This document shows positions 24,326 through 35,233 of a stretch of 64,000 nucleotides of DNA, one piece after another. Source of the DNA: Cycas panzhihuaensis (lineage: Eukaryota; Plantae; Cycadophyta). The stretch spans positions 31,007,741 through 31,071,740 of the forward strand of contig CM041465.1 of NCBI GenBank assembly GCA_023213395.1. The letters are read 5' to 3'. The position numbers and the translations under genes are program-made. The notes beneath the pieces are model-generated. The model was not told where the DNA came from. It saw only the letters and a list, made by a program, of their open reading frames with translations, and made no database searches. The stretch's first letter is position 1. The number at the start of each line of letters is the position of its first letter.

Positions 24326-27300
24326 TATTGTGGGAGACTAGGATATTTTGCTAGAGAATGTCATAACAAGATATTAGACATTGCTCGAGGAAAACAAGCA
24401 ATAAGGAATTACAAGAAAGAGCAACAAAATAGAAGAAGAAGAAGAAACAACCTTTCTTATTGCCCTAGCCTCCAATATTCAATCCAATGAAAATTGGTTT
24501 ATAGACTCTGGAGCCTCACATCATATGACAACAAGAAGAGACTAGTTCGATGCTCTCTAACCTCATCTTCTTAGTGATTCAGTTGAGTTAGGGGATAATT
24601 CTACTTTGAACATTAAAGGAGAGGGTACCATTATGGTTAAAATAAAGAATGGAATAAAAATGATTGGTAACGTTTTGCTTGTACCAAGGTTGGAGAAGAA
24701 CCCCCTATTTGTATGCTAGTTGACCAAAAAGAAGCAGCCGCTTGTAATATTTGATGATGACAAATGTTACATTTGTGACAAACAATAGAATAATCTTGTA
24801 ATTGCAGAAGATGTGGAGTTCAACAAGTTGCATAAGTTAGTGACCCCTCCTCTGACTTAGTCCCTTGTTGTAAATAGTGTTCAATCTCTTGCTGTAAACA
24901 ATATTAGTAATAAAATTTGGTATTCTTGGTATGGACACATTGTAAATGATAGATTAGAAAAATTTTAAAAATTGAATATGGCCATTGGGCTACCTGATAT
25001 CTCACTAAAATTAGAGGTTTGTGAAGGATGCATGTTAGGGAAGCAACATAGAGCAAAGTTCTAACAGTCCACTTGGAGAGCTCAAGAGTTGTTGGAATTG
25101 GTTCATAGTGTTCTATGCAGACCTATATCTCCAAATTTTGTCAATGTAGTGAATTACTTCCTTACTTTCATAGATGATTTCAATAGAAAAACTTGGGTGT
25201 ACTTTATTAAAAAAAATCTAAAGCCTTCGATATTTTTAAAGAATTTAAAGTTTGTGTTGAGATAGAAAGTGGGAAGAAACACAAAACTCTCATAATAAAT
25301 AGGGGGGTGAGCATACCTCAAATGATTTCTACAAGTACTGCAAGGCTCACGACATCCATAGGCAACTCACAACTACCTGCACTCCTCAGTCAAATGGAGT
25401 AGTTGAGAGAATGAATAGTTTTATAATAGAAATGGCCAAATGTATGTTGAAAAGGAAGGAGATACTGAGTATCTATTGGGTTGAGGTAGTTAACACTACT
25501 ATATAACTTATAAATAGGAGCCTTACAAGAGCTCTTGAGAAGCTCACTCCAAAAGAGGCATGGTGAGGTAGAAAGCCAAATATAAGTCATCTTCGAGTTT
25601 TTGGCTACATTACTTATTTTCACATCCCAGATGAGAGAATATCTAAATTAGATGAGAAGAGTATCAAATGCATTATGGTAGGATATGGTAATAAGTTCAA
25701 AGCCTGCAGATGCATGGTCCCAAGGACAAACAAAATTTACATCAGCAGGGATGTCACCTTTGATGAAATATCAAAGGATAGTAATTAGGAGGACTCTTTT
25801 ATAGGGAAATTAATTCAAGAAGAAATTCTTATCCAAACATCACCTCAACAACCACCAGTATCCTAGGACATAGGCGGGTTAGAGATACTATCTCAAGAGG
25901 AAAGTGTACAACAAAGAGAAGACATTCAATCAAGAAATGGATACCCAAATGGTATTTAAGAACTTTAGAAGATTCAAAGGGAGAAATGTTCGAGCACAAC
26001 ACAAGGTTCCAAAAATAACATGCCTTGGCGTGTACTATGGAACTTCAAAGCTATGAGAAGCCTGTGGAAATAAGGAATGGGAAATGCAATGAAGAAAGAG
26101 TAACTTACCATTGAACAAAACAACACTTGGGATTTGGTCTCTTCCCCTAAAGGGAAACCCATAGTTGGTTGCAAATGGGTCTTCAAGATCAAAGAAAAAT
26201 CTAATGGTGGCATTGAGAAGTATAAGGCCCAACTGGTTGCAAAAGGGTATACTTAAATTGTAGGGATAGACTACAAAGAAACATTTGTACCTGTTGCAAG
26301 TTATAGCTTTGGCAATTTAATATGATTGGGAAATCACACAACTTGATGTTAGAAGTGCCTTCCTAAATAGGGACTTGGCTGAGGAAGTATATATAGAACA
26401 ATCTCTAGGCTTTACAAAAAGAGGACAAGAGCATCTTGTATGTATCCTAAAAAAGGCTTTGTATGGTTCAAAATAGGCACCACGTCCTTAGTATGACAAG
26501 TTGGATTCCCATGTGAGAAGAAATGGCTTTAGTATGTGTGAATCCAATCCAAGCTTATACCTAAAAAGTAGAGGAAATGGTATGATTGTTGTAATAGTAG
26601 TATATGTTGATGACTTAATTGTTATTGGAAATAATCATGAAACAATTAGGTGGGTGAGGCAACAAATTGAGGATAGATTTGAAATGTCAAATATGGGCCC
26701 GTTGCATTTCTACCTAGAGATAGAAATTAAGCAAAAAGAAAATGGCATACTCATTTCTCAGTTAAAGAATGCCATGAACTTGCTCAAAAAATTAAACATG
26801 CAAGATTGCAATCTTTGTGCAACTCCCATGGAAACAGGTTGTGTTCTAATTGCCAATGAAGAAAACAGAGGGGCAAATGAAACTCTTTATCAATAATTAA
26901 TAGGAAGCTTCATTTCTTTAACTGCCACAAGACTAGATATTTCATTTTCTATTGAGCTAATTTCTATGTATATGCACACTCCTAAAGTATCACACTGAAA
27001 TGTTGCTGAGCGCATCTTAAGGTATATTAAGGGTGCCTTGAATCTAGGCCTAAAACACACAAAGGCAGATAATTCTAGGTTGATTGGCCACTATGATTTT
27101 GATCGGGCAAGAGAATGGCAAGAAAGAAAATCCACCTCTGGATATTGTTTTAGTCTTGGTTCTATAGTTGTTTCGTGGAGCAACAAAAAGCAACCAACTA
27201 TAGTATTATTATCTATAGATACTAAGTATAAAGCAATTGTAAGCGTAACACGTGAAGCGGCTTGGCTTAAACAACAACTTGGATATTTAAAGCAAGAGTG

Positions 27301-27560
27301 TACAAATCCAATTACAATTTACTATGACAACCAGAGTGTCGTCAAAATGGCAAAAAATCCTCTCTTCCATGTGAGAACAAAACACATTAAAGTTCACCAC
27401 CATTTTCTCAAGGAAAAAGTTCAAAACAAATAGATAGACCTTCAATACTACAACAACGAGAATCAATTAACAGATATTTTTACAGCCCCTCTAGCTAAAG
27501 ATAAATTTTAATGCTACAGAAATCAGTTGGGGATCAATGACAAAGGATAAAACATTAAGC
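24326..27560 (+). pseudogene. Disrupted gag 3' end and pol (PR-IN-RT-RH) of element A
   Basis: Zinc knuckle YYCGRLGYFAREC. ORF fragments 26501-26896 (RT, YVDD) and 27038-27433 (RNase H, DNQS...HVRTKHI). Many stops and frameshifts. Confidence 0.88.
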
Positions 27561-27565
27561 TGGGG

Positions 27566-27782
27566 TGTTACTGCTAATGTTTGATGTTAGGATCTTCTCT
27601 CTTAAGAGTTGTGCACCCTAGTCTATTCCTGTAAGGTGATGACATGTGGCGTCCTTTCTATGGGCCGCTTTTATAGTCATGATGTATAAGTATGTAAGGG
27701 GATTCAACCATGCAATTAATAATGATTTAAGTTATGTTCTATTGTCCATCAAGTTATTTTACCGTTCTTGAAGGTTTCTTCA
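27566..27782 (+). repeat. 3' LTR of element A
   Basis: TG...CA, preceded by aagctgggg and followed by TSD CAGAT. Confidence 0.9.
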
Positions 27783-28055
27783 CAGATTGCCTCATTTAAA
27801 GACAATAATCCCATTGTTTTAGAGCGGAATTTAATAGCTCTTTTAATCCTTGTGATATATGTCTCTACTAGTAATTCAGGCTTGATATCAATGGTGATCA
27901 AACTTTGTAGATTTGGGAATTGCTCGATCTAGGCTTGTACTAAACCAGTCTATTGTAATTGCATAAGTTGGGCAAAGTAGTTTGTGTTTCAGGGGTTTTT
28001 GTATTGCTCTATCAACGATGCTTTTAAGAAATCTCACTTGTAATGTTTTCCTCCG

Positions 28056-28285
28056 TGGTAGACTTTATTTCACTAGCAGAACCAATTAAGAGATTTCCTA
28101 CATAAGTGAAGGGATTTTTCTAGGACTTAGTCTTTTATCACCCCCGGGTTCATCTGGAAATACAAAGTCTAGGCCAAAGGGTCCTATATATAGGCGGCCA
28201 GGGCCATAATAAAGAGTTGGTTAGAAGATTAATGCAAGTTGGATTTAATGAAGTCAGCTAGACCACAGGGTTTAGGAACACTACA
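28056..28285 (-). repeat. Probable 5' LTR of element Z (PBS and start of gag deleted), or a solo LTR
   Basis: TG...CA bounded. Its reverse complement shares words with the element E LTR (gctgacttcattaa vs gccgacttcattaa; ggccgcctatatatag vs ggccactataaatag). It abuts Z gag directly. Confidence 0.5.
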
Positions 28286-28438
28286 TCTGAGCAGACAGTT
28301 AGGGCATCAGATGGATTTTCTCATCTGGCAGTAATTCTGAAAATTTTCTTTAAATGATTTCTGGTTGTTGATGGTGTTATCTGAATTCTGCAGTCATTTG
28401 GTCTGATCACAGGCATTAATACCAATGGATGTGTAATT

Positions 28439-28767
28439 TGTTGATATTGAATACTAAAGAGAATGTTACCTAGTTGCAAGGGATTGTCAAAGAGGTGATG
28501 AATGTGGAATTCCCATTTATTTATCTCCAAAGTATCGATTACAATCACTCACACATGCACGTATAATGGAAATGTCTCTCAATTTATGGTGAGGGCTGTG
28601 TAACCACTTAATAACCGAAACTACTTAACCAACTAATTGAACTAACTGATTCAACTAACTAACAAATTCGACTAACTGCCAAATTCAACTAAATGAGTAA
28701 CTAAACCTAAGTGAACTCTACATAAAAGTACAATATGTTACATAATGTACTACACAATGTTACAACA
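28439..28767. repeat. Possible solo LTR or LTR remnant with AACT-rich short repeats
   Basis: tgttga...acaaca ends and repeated aactaact words at 28600-28720. No convincing TSD. Confidence 0.3.
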
Positions 28768-29491
28768 TATGGATGACGAATTTTTGTACTTATCGGGTTT
28801 GATTTTGTAGAATATAATTGAACTTATCTCACTTCCATTCAGCCTTTTCTGTGTGGTATTACCGAGAATCATTTGTTCCTGTGAGATCTTGTCAATGAGT
28901 TCATTGATCTGCCCCTACTGACACTCACCTGAGCATGCTAGCTGATGTTGGCCTAAGAGAGTATTGTGTTCTTGCAAACAGATCTGTTTAGAGCAAGCTT
29001 CTTTGAATGTGTTTTAAATGGAGTAACAAAATGATGTTTTCTTGTGTCAGATTGCATTATTTTTCACTTTCAAATATGAGAAGCAGAATCTGCACAGATG
29101 GTAGTATTCCAGGAGGTTGGGGGGAGTCAATTTGATTACAATTGTGATTTGTTGGGAATGTTTTAAGAGTGAGACTTTCATTCACTTCAAACAGTTTCCA
29201 CCCTGCTGACAAAGCTGTGTCTGCTATATGGTGTTCGCTGAAGTTCCGGTGCAGCACTTTGCTGTCCAAGAAAAGAGACAGTATATGGTTATGAGTCTAG
29301 ATAATATCTTGCCTGCTTTCTATTTCAACCATGGTCCTATTTTTTGGTTTGAATATTTAACTTCTGGTTACTGTAGAATTAGTAGCAAGAGAGTCTTTTT
29401 TTTCCGACTATAACAAGAGAAAAATTTGCCCTGTATGTTTCCACACTCTTCCGAGATACTGATTTGCTGCCTAACACAACTCATTTTGCAG

Positions 29492-30845
29492 ACCAGAGTC
29501 TCACGAGGAGAAAAAACTCAAGGAAGAGATCAGAGCGCTTGAGGAAGCTGTTCAGAATACTGTTGGCAATGATTGTGGATGGGATGGACAGGGGGCAGAT
29601 GCAGACCATATGGATCGTCTAGAAGCACAGCTTGCTCAAAAGGAAAAAGAACTGCAAGGGTTGACCTTAACTCTTGATGACAAAATCCGTTTTCCAAAGA
29701 GACCAGTTGAAAGATCCCCTTCCTGTTCAGGGCATTTGGGTTCAGATACAGGACCTGACTTAAGAAAGCAAAGTTCCCGATTGGAGCATTTGGATGTGAC
29801 TAGAGGATATGGTCCAGAAATGCCAGGGCCAATGTCTGGTCGTGGAGGGATGTTGGCCATGGGTGATGGTGAGTGGCTATCAGGTGTTAGCTTGAGAACT
29901 AGGGATTTCACTCGAGGCCTTGAACGTGAGACGCAAGGTTCATTCTGCAGACATGGGAATATGACTCGCTCTCAGAGTTCAAGAAACCACAATCATTTGG
30001 ATGGTAGAAAGTTTAGTTTTGGCAAGCAAGGTTCTCATTTTGAGCATGGTGAACTTGCTCAACGCTGTGATGCTGACAGACCAGGCTTCCGTTCAGGAAA
30101 TGGTGATAATTTTCAGGGTAACGGTCCTGAAAGGTCAGGTTCTCACTCAGGGCACTTGGATGTTATTCGAAGAAATGATTCAGAAAAAATGGGTTCTTGC
30201 TTTGGGAGTAGTGATCAAGGGTATAATTGTGAAAGTCTTGGGTCGGGTTCTTGGCATGGTGATGTACAAAGGTGGGAGTCTGGAAGGCGAGGTTATGGTT
30301 CAGGTGGTAATGGTAATGATTCTAACAGATGGGGTTCTTGGTCAGAACAGGGTTCTGATTTTAGAGGTTATGACTTTGAAGGATCTGGTATTTGCGGTGG
30401 CTACGATGAAGTACCAAAGAACAATGGCCATGAAAGACCAGGATCTCGAGCTGGGCATAGAGGATTTTCAAGGCCTTGTGATGCTGAATGCCCAGGTTCT
30501 CAGTATGGTCCTGTAGAGGCTGAGAGGGATGAAGCCTTCGATGAAAGATTTTACTTGAGCTCTTGCAAGACTGGAAGGTCCACTTCTATATTTGATTCAG
30601 GAAGATTGGGCCCATTACCAGGGCAAGCAGATAGTGGAAGAGGTCACATGCCCTACAGAGGGTCAGTGGGTAGAGCAAGTCGACAGGAGCAGGATAGCAG
30701 CAGAAGAGAAGATATTGTAATGCAGCAATATGATAGAAGAGGGAGACAATACAATGAGATGCAACAAGACAATAGACGAGGGAAAGGATATGGCAGGACA
30801 CAACGATATGTTAGAAGACAAACCTCTTTTCAACAGAACAAATAA
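29492..30845 (+). CDS. EIF4B: Terminal coding exon of a plant-type eukaryotic translation initiation factor 4B-like gene with a repeat-expanded C-terminus; upstream exons not found in the window
   Basis: Splice acceptor ctaac...ttttgcag at 29471-29491. An open frame of about 450 codons reads (R)PESHEEKKLKEEIRAL...KEKELQGLTLTLDDKIRFPKRPVERSPS. This matches the plant eIF4B blocks as I recall them (RPETEEEKxLKEEI; KEKxLExLTRELDDKVRF...ERPGS). GC is higher than the flanks and there are no stops. Confidence 0.85.
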
Positions 30846-31546
30846 TATCAAACTAAAGGTATTCAAAATGACTGCTGGTACTGAGCATCTTAAGAGTAAT
30901 GTTGAAGAGGAGCAAGAACTGTAATTTGCAGGTTTCTCTTAAAGGCCTATTGGAGGATCAGATCCTAGTAGCTACTTCCTGCAAGATATTATCATCAATG
31001 CAGTTATCTGGTACCTTCTGTTTTGCTTTCATGACTTACACCTTGGCATCTAATTTGAGGAACTGTGCTATTCTTGCTTGAGAGAATGTTTTGATGATAA
31101 TTGTGAAAATTTTGGGTAATCACGTTATTCAATTTTCTGGCCCCTGAGGTGAAAGATGGAGCATTGGGTGCTTAATTTATGCTCATATGTGTGATGTATA
31201 GTGTAACTAAACCTCTTACCGTACTGTTAGATGCATGTGGGAGTCCTGTTTAGGGGGGGTTTGCTCGCATCTACTTTCTGCAGAGAATTATAATCGAGTT
31301 GGCTGGCTGGTATATTCTCCTTTGCATTCATTGTTGGTACTAAGCCATTTTGTATTTTCCAACTTTGAAATTTTTACTAATGGTGTCAATTTCATGTTTT
31401 TGTATTTGTTAGGACGATTTGTGTAAATGTTATATGTTTGATGGTGGCAGTGTTATTTGAATGGCCTTTACTAGGGCCTATTTTATGGCCTTTCTATAAA
31501 CAGATTTGATGATTCATTGCATGTTTAATCTTTTCATAAATAATTG

Positions 31547-31547
<1 letters not shown>

Positions 31548-31595
<48 letters not shown>
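31548..31595. repeat. Compound microsatellite (CT)n(CA)n
   Basis: About 15 CT units followed by about 9 CA units. Confidence 0.95.
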
Positions 31596-31757
31596 AGATC
31601 AAAACCATGGCAAGTAATCCTTACAGAGACATGTCTCTAAGGAGTAGGTATTGGTGGTGAGATGGAGTGACATAACATTGTTTTTCATTTTGCATGAAGA
31701 GTATAGATGAAATATATATCCTATCTTATGAAATCATTGTTTCAACCCCCATTTTAA

Positions 31758-32430
31758 TTTTTTTTTTTGTGAAAACTGTATATTTTATTGATCGAAGTGA
31801 TACCACAACCTGTAAGGGTATAGGAAGAAAGTATCCATATAAGAAAGAAAATTACAATTAAGCACTACATAATAAGAGCTGGGAGGAACATATAAAACTT
31901 GGATGACTCTCAAAATATTTCAGCAAAGATGATCAACTCTTTAATACCTAGGAACCCTTTTTAAGCTCTTTAAATTGCGTTGGATTTGCACACAAGTAAC
32001 AACCTTGCATGGTTTTAATGGGGTGTGCTCAAGGAAGAATTGGGCATTTTCGGCAAACAGTGCCCTACATTTGAATCTTGATAGGCTGCACACAATTAAT
32101 GCCCTTATCACTAGAGATGATGGAACTGGATACTAGGTAGGGATATCAATATGCTATTTGAAGCATTTCTGAGCTGGAATTGTTTTTGAGAAATTTATGT
32201 TGCTTTCATATTTTATTTCAAGTGATCCTTGTAAGTTCCCATTGTCCAAAGACGTGAATAATAGTTTCTAGCTTCTTATGTTTGGGACCAAGTAAGTGAA
32301 TAATTAATTAATTTCTTTTCCTAGTAGTTCATCTTTGGTGGGCAGCCTGTGATGAAAAATAAATCAAAAGATGTATTTGGAGTCTTGCCTTGCTTTTCCA
32401 AACTTTTTAAAAACCTCTTGGCCTAGGTGC
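31758..32430 (-). mobile_element. 5'-truncated L1-type LINE remnant (3' end)
   Basis: The minus strand ends aataaaatatacagttttcac followed by poly(A). Upstream it encodes a decayed zf-RVT-like stretch, VWKSK...F*FIFHHRLPTKD...ETIIHVF. Confidence 0.6.
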
Positions 32431-32432
32431 CA

Positions 32433-34700
32433 TGTAGGGAATTAACCAACTATATGATTTTCTATGTGGAGGGCTAATATTAGAAACATAAAATATTCAA
32501 TTGATTACAAATAGAGAAACTCTAAAATTAGAGTCAATGGGGTGCCCCAAGCAGGTGTGAAACTCAACCATCCAAACCAAGATGATAAAATTGATCATTA
32601 TCTCTTATGGCTACCCTATTTGTAACAATTATTAATTATATTGGTCATTTCGGCTATACAATAGTTGTGGGTTTGCAACATGCCCTCCCTTCTTGAAAGA
32701 GGACCTTTGCTCCCAAAGCTTAGGATGGTGGTTGATGAAGTTTTGTGACTCCCATGTTGTGTCTTTTGTTAACACACCCTTCCATTTGACAAGATATTTT
32801 GTCACAGTACTGAATCAAAGTTCTTTTGTCATCTTTTGATGATGCATTATGGTTCTATGATGGCTTTCTTTCCTTTGTTAGTGACTAGTAGTTTCATTGT
32901 TGGGCTAATGTTTGGGCCTAGTTGTTTCTTTAAGCTAGAGACGTGTAAGACATTATGCATCCTACTATGAAGGGGAAGATTGAAGGCACAAGCAATCAAT
33001 CTCCCCTATTCGCTTTTGTATCCAAAAGGATCCGTAGAACCATGGTGTGAGCTTATATTTCTCCTACTATTGTAGCAAAATTTGTTTGTATGATTGTAGA
33101 TGCACGCATATCCATTCTTTAACCTCAAATTTCCTTTGTATCTAGTGTTGATATGTTTGTTGTTTCATTTGATTTCTTGTATTGTCATAGTTGGTCTTTA
33201 GTTCCTTAAGCATTTGATTGTCTTTTTAGATCATTTCTTGAGCCATTGGGTTCGATGCCACTGTTTGTATATAATCAATTGCTATTGGGAGTTCGCTTTT
33301 GTATCCAGAAGGATCCGTAGAACCATGGTGTGAGCTTATATTTCTCCTACTATTGTAGCAAAATTTGTTTGTATGATTGTAGATGCACACATATCCATTC
33401 TTTAACCTCAAATTTCCTTTGTATCTAGTGTTGATATGTTTGTTGTTTCATTTGATTTCTTGTATTGTCATAGTTGGTCTTTAGTTCCTTAAGCATTTGA
33501 TTGTCTTTTTAGATCATTTCTTGAGCCATTGGGTTCGATGCCACTGTTTGTATATAATCAATTGCTATTGGGAGTTGATATTTGTATAGTGCAATAAAAA
33601 GGGTAATTTGAATTATTAATGATGGTTTATGAATCCACTTTATCTATTTGGTTGGGTTATCCCCTGCGAAACAACATATGTATGTTTCCAAGAATTTGTT
33701 GACTACATCTATTTGACCATCTGTATGGGGGTGGTATGATGTGCTTCTATAGCAAGTTCTGTCCTTGCTAACTTACATAGATTATTCAAAATGATATTGG
33801 TGAATGAGGGATCCCTATTGGAGAGAATCTTCTTGGGAGAATCAAGCAATTTATGGATGTTCCTCGTAAAAATTTTAGTGGCCTACAAAGCATTTCAATT
33901 TGCTTGCATAGTGCGAAGTGGCAACATTTTATGAGGCGATCTACCACTATGAAGATTGTATCTTTTGCTTTTAATTTTGGCAATCAAATAATGAAATTCA
34001 TGGTGATTTCTTTCCATTTCAATTAAGAAATCGATAGCGATAGTAAGGGCCTTAGGTACTATGCACAGTTTGAATTTTGCCTTTGACATGTGCTACATTC
34101 CAATATAAACTTTCTAATATCTTCCTTCATCCTTTTCCAAAAAAGTAATCATCTTAACCTTTCGTATGTTTTTGTGAACCTTGAATGGGCTACTGGTGGT
34201 GCTTGATGATACTCTTGAAGTAGTTTTTCTTTAAAACTTGTAATGTTTGGGACACATTTTATCCTTGTACAATAAGGTATCATTATTGATTTTCTAGTTT
34301 GGGCATGCCATCCTTTGTTACACTTTTTGAGTCGTTGTCTCATATTTGGGTCCCTTGTGTATCCTTGGTGGAGCTATTCAATCCATGAGGGTTGCATGAC
34401 TGTCAAGGTTGCACACTTTTTGTCTTCATATTTTCTTGATAGGGTGTTTGTTATCATATTTTTCCTTTCCTTTCTTATATGCTATATAAATATTGTAATC
34501 TTGGATATTGCATATCCATCTCTATTATTTTTCTAAAGAGTTTGGTCGAGTTAGAAAATACTTTAGGATTTGATGGTTTGTTTTGACCATGAATTTGTTA
34601 AGTATTATTGCCATTTGGCCAATGCTGGAGAATTGCTAGCGTATCTTTGTCATACACGCTCTTAGCTTGATCTCATAGATTCAACTTCTTGCTTCTGAGT
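32433..34700 (-). mobile_element. Element F: 5'-truncated gypsy chromovirus remnant (RH-IN-chromodomain-PPT-3' LTR)
   Basis: Chromodomain KYLVKWKG...TTWES at about 32750-32800. PPT (reverse complement) ccctcccttc at about 32684. IN fragments IFIVVDRL and LLQEYHQAP. Probable LTR 32433-32680. Confidence 0.75.
33009..33574. repeat. 283-bp near-perfect tandem duplication inside element F
   Basis: 33009-33291 is repeated at 33292-33574; I saw two mismatches. Confidence 0.92.
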
Positions 34701-35233
34701 ACGATTGGTTGATCATCTTAAAGAAGTGTTGCCCCGGCTCCTATCCTTGAAGCGTCGCATTTGACTATGAATGGCTATAAAAAGTTTAGTATTGCGAGAT
34801 TTCTAAGGGGAATTCACATCTTACACACAAATAATATTAATAATATGTATACACAATTGTTAGAATTAATATATGTTCTCATTTTATGTTCACTTAAGTT
34901 CATTTTATATTAGTTGAAGATTCTTCACATGGAATATTTTGGCTCTCAACATTTATTGTGAGAGGTGAGAAAGGACGACAATCAAGTCAAGACAAAGTGG
35001 GTTGTCATCTTGTGTGTATAATGTCTACCATAATATTTGACATTTAGTTAGCTTGTGCTTCTCTCAGAACTAGGCACTCAAGCTATTGTTAGCATTCTCG
35101 TAGTCTATATATTTGATGTATTAGTCTATGCTATTCAATGAGAATTCCATGAGAATTTGGAGAGTTGTTATTCACGAGTATTTTCTCATTTTTTGCTATG
35201 AATGCATGTGGTTAATGCTGTGAATATTGTTTT

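Larger units (their letters stand above)
451..27782 (+). mobile_element. Element A: full-length degenerate Ty1/copia retrotransposon, interrupted by element B
   Basis: Matching LTRs at 451-674 and 27566-27782. Perfect TSD CAGAT at 446-450 and 27783-27787. Degenerate PBS tgggatcggagc at 675-686 and G-rich PPT before 27566. gag from ATG 1391, then PR (WFIDSGASHHMT), IN, RT (VYVDDL) and RNase H in copia order at 24.3-27.5 kb. Confidence 0.92.
1..28285 (-). mobile_element. Element Z: degenerate Ty3/gypsy (chromovirus-like) element, outermost host of the nest; gag split by copia A; 3' part runs off the window start
   Basis: The minus strand of 27788-28055 reads NYFAQLMQLQ*TGLVQA*IEQF...PELLVETYI, which matches element E gag DYFAQLTRLQQTSSVQEFTEQF...PELLLKTYI. 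The frame continues across the CAGAT TSD into 1-445 with a decayed zinc knuckle (KHIRTRTCFDYEEK*) and VSLQAI. Confidence 0.75.

Noticed and set aside
30001-30516. Overlapping hydrophobic 171-aa ORF
   Set aside because: It is an alternate-frame shadow of the Gly/Asp/Ser-rich repeat codons, with no independent support.
29610-30845. The 411-aa ORF as a stand-alone gene starting at Met 29610
   Set aside because: eIF4B-like similarity and the open frame extend upstream to the splice acceptor at 29491, so this Met is internal.
30859-30931. Possible 73-nt GT-AG intron just after the eIF4B stop
   Set aside because: There is no clear pyrimidine tract or branch point, so it cannot be supported without transcripts.
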